64,000 nt of DNA from Acidimicrobiales bacterium. GTDB lineage: Bacteria > Actinomycetota > Acidimicrobiia > Acidimicrobiales > JAUJNH01. Shown here one piece after another: positions 30,425 to 39,154 of the stretch; position 1 is the stretch's first letter; each line of letters begins with the position of its first letter. The notes below the pieces were generated by a model. It searched no databases and was not told the origin of the DNA. It saw nothing but the letters and a program-made list of their open reading frames with translations. The stretch covers positions 1,221 to 65,220 of the forward strand of contig JBBSKY010000006.1 in NCBI GenBank assembly GCA_038255915.1, written 5' to 3'. The position numbers and the translations under genes were made by a program.

Positions 30425-32845
30425 ATGGCTCAGATCGTGCGAAGCGCCTCCCGGCGAGTTGGCGCCAGGCTGGCCGCCGCCGCCCTGGTCAGCCTGCTGC
30501 TGGGCGTGGTGCCGCTCGTGGCCCGGTCGGCGCCGGCCGGCGCCTACCCCACGGTCAACGTGGAGGTGCGGGGCCACGGCTGGGGCCACGGCCGGGGCAT
30601 GGGGCAGTACGGGGCCATCGGCTACGCCACCATCTACGGCTGGTCGTCGGCCCAGATCCTCGACCACTTCTACGGCGGGACCCGGGCGGGCACCGTCGCC
30701 GAGGACCGGCCGGCCAACCCCCCCTTCAGCGTCGAGCTGTTCAAGGAGCGGGGCGAGTGGCCGTGGGTGACCGCGGCCAACGGGATCGACGTCACCCTGC
30801 CCGGCGGCGCGGTGCGGTCGGCGAACGCCTGGTACGCCGTGCCCGTCGGCGCGGCGACCTGGGACCTCTACGCCGGCACGACGTGCGCCGGCGCCGGGTC
30901 CAGCGCGGCGAGCGTCGCCAACCGGGTGGCCACGGTCACGGGCCAGGTCCGCTTCGCACCCCGGACCGACACCACGGTGCCGTTCGCCCCCAAGGAGGCG
31001 ATGACCCAGACGTGCCGCACCGGCGTCCACTACCGGGGCGACCTGCGGGCGGTGGAGTTCAACGGCGGCCCCGACACCATCAACGTCCTGCCGCTCGAGA
31101 GCTACCTGTGGGGCTCGGTCCCCCGCGAGCTGTCGGCCAGCTCACCGGTGGAGGCCCTGAAGGCCCAGGCCGTGGCCGCCCGGTCCTACGCCCTCAGCCG
31201 CACCCTGAACAACATCTTCGCCGGCTGCGACACCGCCTGCGGCCTCTACCAGGCCTACGAGGGCGCCGACATCGAGGCGGTGGCCTCCACCGGAGCGGTC
31301 ATGGCCACCGCCGGCGTGGTCCGGCGCACGACCGCCAACGGCAGGATCGCCCCCACCGAATACTCGAGCTCGACCGGCGGGTGGACGGTGGGCGGCACCT
31401 TCCCGGCCGTCGAGGACCTCGGCGACGTGGCCAGCCCCAGGCACGAGTGGAACGCGTCGGTCCCGGTGAGCGCCATCGAGGCGAGGTACGCCCGAGGCAC
31501 CCTCGAGTCGATCACGGTCGACCAGCGCGACGGAATCGGCGCCATGGGGGGTCGGGTGATCTCCATGACCCTGCGGTTCTCGGGCGGCGCCGCCACCATC
31601 TCGGGCGACGACTTCAAGAACGCCTTCATGGCCCAGGGGGTGTTCAGCCGGTGGTTCGAGATCATCGGGGGCGCGATCCAACCGCCCGCTTTCACGCCTC
31701 TCACGCCGTCACGCCTGCTCGACACCCGTCCCGGCGCCAGCACCCTCGACGGCCTGGGCGGCGTCTCCGGGGCCCTCGGCCCGGGCGCCACCCGCAACCT
31801 CCAGGTCACCGGTCGCGGCGGGGTGCCCGCCACCGGCGTCGGCGCCGTCGTGCTCAACATCACCGCCACCGGCCCCTCAGCCGGCGGGTACCTCACGGTG
31901 CACCCCGCCGGCCAGCCCCGCCCCAACGCCTCCAACCTCAACTTCGGTCGCGGCCAGACCATCCCCAACCTGGTCATCGCCAAGGTCGGCACCGGCGGCC
32001 AGGTCAGCATCTACAACGACACCGGCTCCACCCACCTCATCGCCGACGTCGCCGGGTGGTTCTCCGCGGGCCCCGGCTACGAGGCGCTGGACCCGGGCCG
32101 CCTGCTCGACACCCGGCCAGGCGCGTCCACCGTCGACGGCCTCTCCGCCAGCGGCGGCAGCCTCGGTCCCGGGGCCAGCCGCACCCTGCAGGTCACCGGG
32201 CGGGGCGGGGTGCCGGCCAGCGGGGTGGGCGCCGTCGTGCTCAACGTCACCGCCACCGGCGCCACCGCCGGCGGCTTCCTCACCGTGCACCCCACCGGCG
32301 CCACCCGGCCGAACGCCTCGAACCTCAACTTCGGGCCCGGTCAGACCGTCCCCAACCTGGTCATCGCCAAGGTGGGCCCCGAGGGCCAGGTCAGCATCTA
32401 CAACGACTCCGGCTCCACCCAGGTGATCGCGGATGTCGCCGGCTGGTTCCCGAGCACGTCCCCCTTCGCCTCCCTGGCGCCCGTCCGGCTGCTCGACAGC
32501 CGCTCCGGCGGCACCACCATCGACGGGACGGCCGCCGCCGGCGGGCCCGTGGGCGCCGGCGCCACCCGCATCCTCCAGGTCACCGGACGGGGCGGGGTGC
32601 CCGCCAGCGGCGTCGGCGCCGTCGTGCTCAACATCACCGCCACCGGCCCCTCAGCCGGCGGGTACCTCACCGTCCACCCCACCGGCCAGCCCCGGCCCAA
32701 CGCCTCGAACCTGAACTTCGGGCCGGGCCAGACCATCCCCAACCTGGTCGTCGCCAAGGTTGGCTCCGGCGGCCAGGTCAGCATCTACAACGACACCGGC
32801 TCCACCCAGGTCTTAGCCGACGTCGCCGGGTGGTTCCCCGCCTGA
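30425..32845 (+). CDS. Secreted SpoIID/LytB-domain protein fused to three copies of an unassigned 129-aa module
   Basis: ATG 30425. Signal peptide (AAAALVSLLLGVVPLVARSAPAGA). SpoIID-type motifs VEVRGHGWGHGRGMGQYGA, LESYLWGSVPRE, VKAQAVAARSYAL and EYSSSTGGWT. Then three repeats starting at FTPLTPSRLLDTR. Confidence 0.8.
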   Translation: MAQIVRSASRRVGARLAAAALVSLLLGVVPLVARSAPAGAYPTVNVEVRGHGWGHGRGMGQYGAIGYATIYGWSSAQILDHFYGGTRAGTVAEDRPANPPFSVELFKERGEWPWVTAANGIDVTLPGGAVRSANAWYAVPVGAATWDLYAGTTCAGAGSSAASVANRVATVTGQVRFAPRTDTTVPFAPKEAMTQTCRTGVHYRGDLRAVEFNGGPDTINVLPLESYLWGSVPRELSASSPVEALKAQAVAARSYALSRTLNNIFAGCDTACGLYQAYEGADIEAVASTGAVMATAGVVRRTTANGRIAPTEYSSSTGGWTVGGTFPAVEDLGDVASPRHEWNASVPVSAIEARYARGTLESITVDQRDGIGAMGGRVISMTLRFSGGAATISGDDFKNAFMAQGVFSRWFEIIGGAIQPPAFTPLTPSRLLDTRPGASTLDGLGGVSGALGPGATRNLQVTGRGGVPATGVGAVVLNITATGPSAGGYLTVHPAGQPRPNASNLNFGRGQTIPNLVIAKVGTGGQVSIYNDTGSTHLIADVAGWFSAGPGYEALDPGRLLDTRPGASTVDGLSASGGSLGPGASRTLQVTGRGGVPASGVGAVVLNVTATGATAGGFLTVHPTGATRPNASNLNFGPGQTVPNLVIAKVGPEGQVSIYNDSGSTQVIADVAGWFPSTSPFASLAPVRLLDSRSGGTTIDGTAAAGGPVGAGATRILQVTGRGGVPASGVGAVVLNITATGPSAGGYLTVHPTGQPRPNASNLNFGPGQTIPNLVVAKVGSGGQVSIYNDTGSTQVLADVAGWFPA
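31691..32842 (+). repeat. Intragenic tandem repeat with an exact 387-bp period, three copies
   Basis: Copies start at 31691, 32078 and 32465. Copies 1 and 3 share long identical runs, e.g. cgtcgtgctcaacatcaccgccaccggcccctcagccggcgggtacctcac. Confidence 0.9.
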
Positions 32846-32870
32846 GCCGGCCCGTTAGCCTCCTCGGCCC

Positions 32871-33287
32871 GTGCCCGTCCCCACCTCGGCCGTCGTCCGC
32901 GCCCTCGGCGAGGACGTCGTCCTCGAACCCCTCCCCGGGGCGCCGGACCTGACCGACGTCCGCGACGCCCTCGAGCGCCTGGCTCCGGTCGAGCTGGCCC
33001 CAGGCGACGTCCGGGCCGCACTCGCAGTGGTCGCCGAGCACGCCACCCTCAACCCCTACGCCGCCCTCACCAGCCGGCACCCGGCCATCGCCCGTCTGAA
33101 GCTGGTCACCCGCAAGCTGACGTTCTTCGTGGCCCACAGCCTGGCCGTGCAGGTCACCGACCTGGCCCACGCCCTGCTCGTCGCCGGCGCCGCCACCGCC
33201 GACCGGCTCGAGCTGCTGGAGGAGGAGAACGCCCGGCTCCGCCACGACCTCGACGAGCTGCGCCGGCGCCAGGGCACCACTTCATGA
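32871..33287 (+). CDS. Hypothetical protein with a C-terminal coiled-coil
   Basis: 138 aa. ...ADRLELLEEENARLRHDLDELRRRQ. Its stop overlaps the next GT4 start (ATGA). Codon usage resembles neighbouring genes. Confidence 0.45.
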   Translation: MPVPTSAVVRALGEDVVLEPLPGAPDLTDVRDALERLAPVELAPGDVRAALAVVAEHATLNPYAALTSRHPAIARLKLVTRKLTFFVAHSLAVQVTDLAHALLVAGAATADRLELLEEENARLRHDLDELRRRQGTTS

Positions 33288-34345
33288 GCGGCCCGGCCAT
33301 CCACCAGCTGGTCCCGTCGTTCGTGCCCGGCGACGCCATCGGCTCCCACGTCCGCCGGGTCCGGCGCCTGCTCCAGGACGCCGGCATCGAGTCCCGCACC
33401 TTCGTCAGCGCGGCCCACCCCGACCTCAAGAACGAGTGCGAGCCGTACCGGCGGGCGTCCGTCAAGGCCGACGACGTCCTGCTCTACCACCTGTCGTGCA
33501 GCGACTCGATGGCCGGGTGGCTGCTGTCCCAGCCCCAGCGCCTGCTCGTTGACTACCACAACATCACCGAGCCGAGGTGGTTCGACCGCTGGGCTCCCCT
33601 GGCCGCCCACGACATGCGGCTGGCCCGGCTCCAGATGGGCACCCTCGCCTCGCGGACCGAGGCGGCCGTGGCCCACTCGCGCTTCAGCGCCCAGGAGCTG
33701 GAGGCCCACGGCTACAACAACGTCGAGGTGGCGCCCCTGCTGTTCGCCCTGCCGGCCGGCGTCGACCGCACCGACCGGCCGGTGCCCGAGCGGGGGGCCC
33801 GCTGGCTGTTCGTCGGCCGCCTGGCCCCCAACAAGTGCCAGCAGGCCATCATCGGCGCCCTCGCCGCCGCCCGCCGCGGCCCCGACCCCGACGCCACCCT
33901 CACCCTGGTTGGCGGCCGCACCATCGGTCCCTTCGCCGACGAGCTGCAGCGGCTGGCCGGCGAGCTGGGCGTGGCCGCGGCCGTCCGCTTCGCCGACCAC
34001 GTGCCCGACGCCGAGCTCGAGGCCGCCTACCGCGACGCCGACGTGTTCGTGTGCCTCAGCCGCCACGAGGGCTTCGGGGCCCCGGTCATCGAGGCCATGG
34101 CCCGGGGCGTGCCCGTGGTGGCGCTGCGGGCCGCAGCGGTGCCCGAGACGGCAGGAGACGCCGCCCTGGTCCTGGACGACGACGACCCGGCCGTGGTGGC
34201 CGCCGCCGTCTGCCACCTGGCCACCCATTCCGACCTGGTGGCCGGCCTGCGCCGGGCCGGTCTGGAGCGGGCGGCCCAGCACGCCCCGGGCCGGGCCGGG
34301 CCGGCACTGCTGAGGCAGCTCCTCGACCTGGCCGGCGGTGGCTGA
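33284..34345 (+). CDS. GT4-family glycosyltransferase
   Basis: 353 aa. WLFVGRLAPNK and HEGFGAPVIEAMARGVPVVA, typical of the GT-B / GT4 family. Confidence 0.8.
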   Translation: MSGPAIHQLVPSFVPGDAIGSHVRRVRRLLQDAGIESRTFVSAAHPDLKNECEPYRRASVKADDVLLYHLSCSDSMAGWLLSQPQRLLVDYHNITEPRWFDRWAPLAAHDMRLARLQMGTLASRTEAAVAHSRFSAQELEAHGYNNVEVAPLLFALPAGVDRTDRPVPERGARWLFVGRLAPNKCQQAIIGALAAARRGPDPDATLTLVGGRTIGPFADELQRLAGELGVAAAVRFADHVPDAELEAAYRDADVFVCLSRHEGFGAPVIEAMARGVPVVALRAAAVPETAGDAALVLDDDDPAVVAAAVCHLATHSDLVAGLRRAGLERAAQHAPGRAGPALLRQLLDLAGGG

Positions 34346-35537
34346 GGCCACGGTCGCCCTCGTCACCCCCCGCTACGGCGACCGGGTGATCGGAGGGTCG
34401 GAGGCGGTCATGCGGGAGGCGGCCCACGGCCTGGCCGGCCGCGGCTTCGACGTCGAGGTGCTGACCACCTGCGCCTGGTCCCACTACACCTGGGCCAACG
34501 ACCTGCCCCCCGGGCCGAGCCGGGACGGGGCCGTGCGGCTGCGGCGCTTCCCCGTCGAGCACCCCCGCTCGCTCGCCACATGGGCCCAGATCGACGTCCG
34601 CATGAGCCAGGGCGAGCGGCTCACCCCCGAGGAGGAGCTGCGCTGGGCCAGCGGGCGCTTCCGGGTGCCGGCGCTGTACCGGCACCTGCTGGGCAGCACC
34701 TACGACGCCGTCGTCTTCTCTCCCTACCTGGCCTGGACCACCTTCGCCTGCGCCCCCGCGGTCGCCGAGCGGGCCGTCGTCATGCCCTGCTTCCACGACG
34801 AGCCGGCCGCCCGCCTCGTCCTCTTCGGCGGCCTGCTCGGCGGCTGCGCCGCGGCCTGGTTCCTGTCCGAGCCCGAGCGCGACCTGGCCGCCTCCCTCGG
34901 CCCGCTCGGCCCCCGCCCCACCGTGACCGGCGCCGGCGTCGCCGTGCCCCCGCGCCACGACCCTGCGCGTTTCCGGGCCCGCTACGGGGTGACCAGGCCC
35001 TTCGCCCTCTACGCCGGCCGCCGCGAGCTGCTGAAGGGGTGGGACCGCCTGGCGGAGGTGTACCGGGCCGCCCGCGCCCACCTCGACCTCGACCTCGACC
35101 TGGTCACCTTCGGGGCCAACGAGCTGCGCCACGACCTGCGCGACGCCCCCGGCATCATCGACCTCGGGGCGCTGCCGGCGGAGGACGTCCCCGACGCCTT
35201 CGCCGCCGCTGCGGTGTACGTGCAGCCCAGCCGCAACGAGAGCTTCTCCCGCACGGTCATGGAGGCGTGGCTGGCCGGCACCCCGGTCCTGGCCGACGCC
35301 GGCGGCGCGGTCGTGGCCTGGCACGTGCGCCGCAGCCAGGCCGGGATGCTCTACGGCGACGACCACGAGCTGGCGCGCTCCCTGCAGCTGATCGGCTCCC
35401 GCCCCGAGGAGGCCCGCAGCCTCGCCGCTCCGGGCCGGGCCTACGTGGTGGACAGCTACGCCTGGGACGCCGTGCTCGACCGGATGGCCGCCTCGCTGGC
35501 CGAGGTCACCGGGACGGCCCTCCGGAAGCCGGCATGA
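34338..35537 (+). CDS. GT4-family glycosyltransferase
   Basis: 399 aa. VALVTPRYGDRVIGGSEAV and NESFSRTVMEAWLAGTPVLA. 8-nt overlap with the upstream GT4 gene. Confidence 0.8.
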   Translation: MAEATVALVTPRYGDRVIGGSEAVMREAAHGLAGRGFDVEVLTTCAWSHYTWANDLPPGPSRDGAVRLRRFPVEHPRSLATWAQIDVRMSQGERLTPEEELRWASGRFRVPALYRHLLGSTYDAVVFSPYLAWTTFACAPAVAERAVVMPCFHDEPAARLVLFGGLLGGCAAAWFLSEPERDLAASLGPLGPRPTVTGAGVAVPPRHDPARFRARYGVTRPFALYAGRRELLKGWDRLAEVYRAARAHLDLDLDLVTFGANELRHDLRDAPGIIDLGALPAEDVPDAFAAAAVYVQPSRNESFSRTVMEAWLAGTPVLADAGGAVVAWHVRRSQAGMLYGDDHELARSLQLIGSRPEEARSLAAPGRAYVVDSYAWDAVLDRMAASLAEVTGTALRKPA

Positions 35538-36247
35538 CCGTCGGGCGGGTCGTGGTGGTCGGCCCCCACCCCCCGTGTCCCAGCGTGGCGGCCCGGCTGT
35601 GCGCCCGCCTCGGCGCCGAGCACGCCCGGGCCGGCGCCCGGGTGCTGGGCGTCGACCGGCTCCCCTCGGCCGCCGGGCGCACGGTTCCGCTGCGGGGCCT
35701 GGCCGGCGCCGCCGCAGTGGCCTGGCTGGCCCTGGGCGCCGACCGCCTCGAGCTGGTCCTGGTGCCCGGCCTGGTCCAGCGGGCCGGGGCCCGCTCGCCC
35801 GAGCACCGGCTCATCGCCGCCGCCTGGGGCGTCGCCCTCGGTATCCCCCGCTCGACCCGGATCCACGTGCTCGACCCGGTCGACGCCCTCCAGGTCGGCC
35901 TCCGCCCCGGGGCCACCGCCCCGCCCGGCCTCGAGATCATCCAGCACGTCCCCCGCATCGACCCGGGCCCCGTCGTCATCGGCGCCGACGGCCCGGCCGG
36001 CGGCGACCCGTGGGCGGCGTGGGCCGACGCCGTCACCCGACGGGCGGCGCTCGACCGGCGGGCCGGGCTCAGCCTGCGCCTGCCCACCCCGCCTCCTCCG
36101 TTCAGGAGCCGCAACCAGCGGGTCGTCGACCACCTCCGCGACTCCTACGGCCAGCCCGGCGAGGTCGCCGTGCAGGCCATCCTTCGGACCAAGCGCCTGG
36201 CCCGGGCGGCCCTGGCCGCCGCCCGCCGCCGGCGCGGGAGTGCGTGA
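35534..36247 (+). CDS. Hypothetical protein (no recognisable motif)
   Basis: ATG 35534 overlaps the upstream stop (ATGA). 237 aa starting MTVGRVVVVGPHPPCPS.... In operon position between GT4 and wzm. Confidence 0.45.
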   Translation: MTVGRVVVVGPHPPCPSVAARLCARLGAEHARAGARVLGVDRLPSAAGRTVPLRGLAGAAAVAWLALGADRLELVLVPGLVQRAGARSPEHRLIAAAWGVALGIPRSTRIHVLDPVDALQVGLRPGATAPPGLEIIQHVPRIDPGPVVIGADGPAGGDPWAAWADAVTRRAALDRRAGLSLRLPTPPPPFRSRNQRVVDHLRDSYGQPGEVAVQAILRTKRLARAALAAARRRRGSA

Positions 36248-36281
36248 GGCCCCCGACACCCGGCCGGTAGCCTGGGCCGAC

Positions 36282-37211
36282 ATGGCAGCCCCCGCCGTCG
36301 GTGATGTCGCCGACGACCCCGTCGACCTGCACGTCCGGGTCGTCACCCCCAAGCGGGGGGTCGTGCGCCGCCTGGCCGACGTCTACGCCGCCCGCGAGCT
36401 CCTCGTGGCGCTGGTGCGCAAGGAGCTGAAGGTCAAGTACAAGGACAGCACCCTCGGGTTCGTGTGGTCGATGCTGAACCCGGCGCTGTACCTGGTGGTC
36501 TTCTACCTCGTCTTCTCGCTGTTCCTGAAGAACGGCATCCCGCTGTTCCCGATCTGGCTCCTGTGCGGGCTCCTCGTGTGGAACTTCTTCTCCATCGTGC
36601 TCTCCAGCGCCACCAGCACCATGGTGGCCAACGCCGCCCTTGTGAAGAAGGTGTCGTTCCCCCGCGAGGTCCTGCCCCTGGCGGCCGTGGGCGCCGGCAT
36701 GGTCCACTTCTGCCTGCAGGCCCTGGTGATGCTGGGCGCCCTCCTCGCCTTCCGCCACCGCATCGACACCAGCTACCTGTGGCTGGTGCCGATCGCCCTG
36801 GTCTACCTGGTGCTGCTCAGCTCGGCCCTGGCCGTGGCCCTCTCGGCCATGAACGTCTACGTGCGCGACCTCCAGCACCTGCTCGAGCTGGTCCTGCTCG
36901 CCTGGTTCTGGATGACCCCGATCGTCTACCCCTACTTCCAGATCGTTCCCAACCTCATCGACCGCGGGTTGCCGTCATGGGCCTTCCTGGTCAACCCGAT
37001 CACGCCGGTGGTGCTGGTCTTCCAGCGCTGCCTCTACGGCACACCCGTGGTGAACCTGAGCGACCCGGAGCCGCTCGTCCTCCTCCCGGCGTGGGGCCCG
37101 GGGACGATGCTGCTCCCCCTGCTCGTCGGGATCCTGGCGTCCACCGCCCTCCTCGGCGCCGCCATCCACCTCTTCGGCCGGCTCGAGGCGAACTTCGCCG
37201 AGGAGATGTAG
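36282..37211 (+). CDS. wzm: ABC-2 type polysaccharide export permease
   Basis: ELLVALVRKELKVKYKDSTLGFVWSMLNPALYLVVF followed by six hydrophobic segments, the typical Wzm/TagG signature. An alternative start is GTG 36240. Confidence 0.85.
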   Translation: MAAPAVGDVADDPVDLHVRVVTPKRGVVRRLADVYAARELLVALVRKELKVKYKDSTLGFVWSMLNPALYLVVFYLVFSLFLKNGIPLFPIWLLCGLLVWNFFSIVLSSATSTMVANAALVKKVSFPREVLPLAAVGAGMVHFCLQALVMLGALLAFRHRIDTSYLWLVPIALVYLVLLSSALAVALSAMNVYVRDLQHLLELVLLAWFWMTPIVYPYFQIVPNLIDRGLPSWAFLVNPITPVVLVFQRCLYGTPVVNLSDPEPLVLLPAWGPGTMLLPLLVGILASTALLGAAIHLFGRLEANFAEEM

Positions 37212-37216
37212 CCCGA

Positions 37217-38452
37217 GTGACCGCCGCCATCGTCGTCGACGGCGTCACCAAGCGCTTCAAGATCGGTGGCGAGAAGTTCGACTCCCTCAAGGACCGGCTG
37301 ATCCACCTGGGCCGGGTGCAGCCCACCGAGTTCTGGGCGCTGAAGGGCATCGACCTCGAGATCGCCCAGGGCGAGAGCTTCGGCCTGCTCGGCCACAACG
37401 GATCGGGCAAGTCCACCCTCCTCAAGTGCGTGGCCGGGATCCTGCAGCCCACGGCCGGCCAGGTGCGCACCAAGGGCCGGATGTCGGCCCTGCTCGAGCT
37501 GGGCGCCGGCTTCCACCCCGACCTGACCGGGCGGGAGAACGTCGAGCTGAACGGCCTGCTCCTCGGCCTCGACCGCAAGAGCATCGCGGCCCGCTTCGAC
37601 GAGATCATCGACTTCGCCGGGCCCGAGGTGGCCAGCGCCATCGACCGCCAGGTGAAGTTCTACAGCTCGGGGATGTACGTGCGCCTGGGCTTCGCCGTGG
37701 CCGTCAGCATCGACCCTGAGATCCTCCTGGTCGACGAGGTGCTCTCGGTCGGTGACGAGGCCTTCCAGCGCAAGTGCATGAACCGGGTGAAGCAGCTGCA
37801 GGGCCAGGGCTGCACGATCGTGGTGGTGACCCACGCCGCCGACGTGGTGCGCCAGATCTGCGACCGGGCCGCCGTGCTCGACCACGGCGACCTGATCGTG
37901 GTCGGCGAGCCCCCCGTGGCCATCCGCACCTTCCGCGAGCACCTCTTCGCCACCGGCCAGGGCGACACCGTCGGCGACCTGCTCGACGAGCCGCCCGTCG
38001 TGGAGGGCGAGGAGGCGCCGCCCTCCAGCCGGCGCACGCTGAAGGTGAAGGTGCGCAAGGTCGACGTGCGCCACCCCGGCCAGCCCGACCGGGCCTACCT
38101 GCGCACCGGCGAGCCCCTCGAGGTGGCCATCACCCTGGAGACCTCCGAGCCGATCCCGGGTGTGAACGTCGGCCTCGGGATCCGCGACGTCGAGGGCCGG
38201 ATGGTTTGGACCTCCAACACCGAGCTGCTCGGCGTGCCCACCGGGCCCATCAAGGACCAGGCCACCATCACCTACCGCTTCGGCTCGGTGCCCCTCCTCG
38301 ACGGCGACTACGCCCTGCACGTCGGCGTCGTCAGCATCGAGGACGAGTCGGTCATCTACGATTGGATCGACTCGATGACCGGCTTCAACGTGCTCAGCAC
38401 GGCTCGGGTGTTCGGCCAGGTCGACCTGCCCGTGCACGTCGAGCGCACCTGA
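37217..38452 (+). CDS. wzt: ABC polysaccharide export ATPase with a C-terminal beta-rich extension (Wzt-type)
   Basis: GTG 37217. Walker A GHNGSGKSTLLK, signature YSSGMYVRLGFA, Walker B ILLVDEVLSVGD. An extra domain of about 140 aa (about 38024-38449) is laid out like the Wzt C-terminal glycan-cap-binding domain. Confidence 0.88.
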   Translation: MTAAIVVDGVTKRFKIGGEKFDSLKDRLIHLGRVQPTEFWALKGIDLEIAQGESFGLLGHNGSGKSTLLKCVAGILQPTAGQVRTKGRMSALLELGAGFHPDLTGRENVELNGLLLGLDRKSIAARFDEIIDFAGPEVASAIDRQVKFYSSGMYVRLGFAVAVSIDPEILLVDEVLSVGDEAFQRKCMNRVKQLQGQGCTIVVVTHAADVVRQICDRAAVLDHGDLIVVGEPPVAIRTFREHLFATGQGDTVGDLLDEPPVVEGEEAPPSSRRTLKVKVRKVDVRHPGQPDRAYLRTGEPLEVAITLETSEPIPGVNVGLGIRDVEGRMVWTSNTELLGVPTGPIKDQATITYRFGSVPLLDGDYALHVGVVSIEDESVIYDWIDSMTGFNVLSTARVFGQVDLPVHVERT

Positions 38453-38454
38453 GC

Positions 38455-39144
38455 GTGACCAACCCGTCGGACGACGCGCTGGCCGGTGCCATCGACTACA
38501 AGCGCCTCTACGACTACCGCTTCAAAGACGTCGACCAGGCGGGCCGGGTCGCGGTCTGGGGGGTCCTCGGACTGTGGCTGTGGGAGCGGATGGGCCGGCC
38601 CCAGCGGGTCCTCGACCCCGCCGCCGGTCGCTTCGAGTTCCTGAACGCCATCGGTGCCGGCGAGCGATGGGCCGTCGACCAGGTCGACACCGGGTTCGCC
38701 CGCCACCCCACCATCCGCCTCGAGGTCGGTGACGCCCAGCAGGTGGTGCTCCCGGCCGACCACTTCGACGGCGTCTTCGTCAGCCACTTCCTCGAGCACC
38801 TCCAGAGCCAGCAGCACGTCGCCCTGTTCCTACGCCACCTCCTCACCGCCACCGCCCCCGGCGGCACCATCGCCATCCTCGGGCCCAACTTCCGCTACTG
38901 CGCCTCGCAGTACTTCGACTGCGCCGACCACGTGGTCCCCCTGTCCCACGTCTCGGTGGCCGAGCACCTCCACGCCGCCGGGTACGAGGTGACCGAGGTC
39001 ATCCCCCGCTTCCTCCCGTTCTCCTTCCGCTCGGCCCTCCCGCCCTCCTCCACCCTCACCGCCGCCTACCTCCGCCTCACCCCGGCGTGGCGGCTGCTGG
39101 GCAAGCAGCTGCTGATCCTGGCCCGCAAGCCCGACCCTTCCTAG
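38455..39144 (+). CDS. Class I SAM-dependent methyltransferase
   Basis: GTG 38455, 2 nt after the wzt stop. ...RVLDPAAGRFEFL..., FDGVFVSHFLEHL and APGGTIAILGPN. Confidence 0.7.
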   Translation: MTNPSDDALAGAIDYKRLYDYRFKDVDQAGRVAVWGVLGLWLWERMGRPQRVLDPAAGRFEFLNAIGAGERWAVDQVDTGFARHPTIRLEVGDAQQVVLPADHFDGVFVSHFLEHLQSQQHVALFLRHLLTATAPGGTIAILGPNFRYCASQYFDCADHVVPLSHVSVAEHLHAAGYEVTEVIPRFLPFSFRSALPPSSTLTAAYLRLTPAWRLLGKQLLILARKPDPS

Positions 39145-39154
39145 GCTGAACGCC

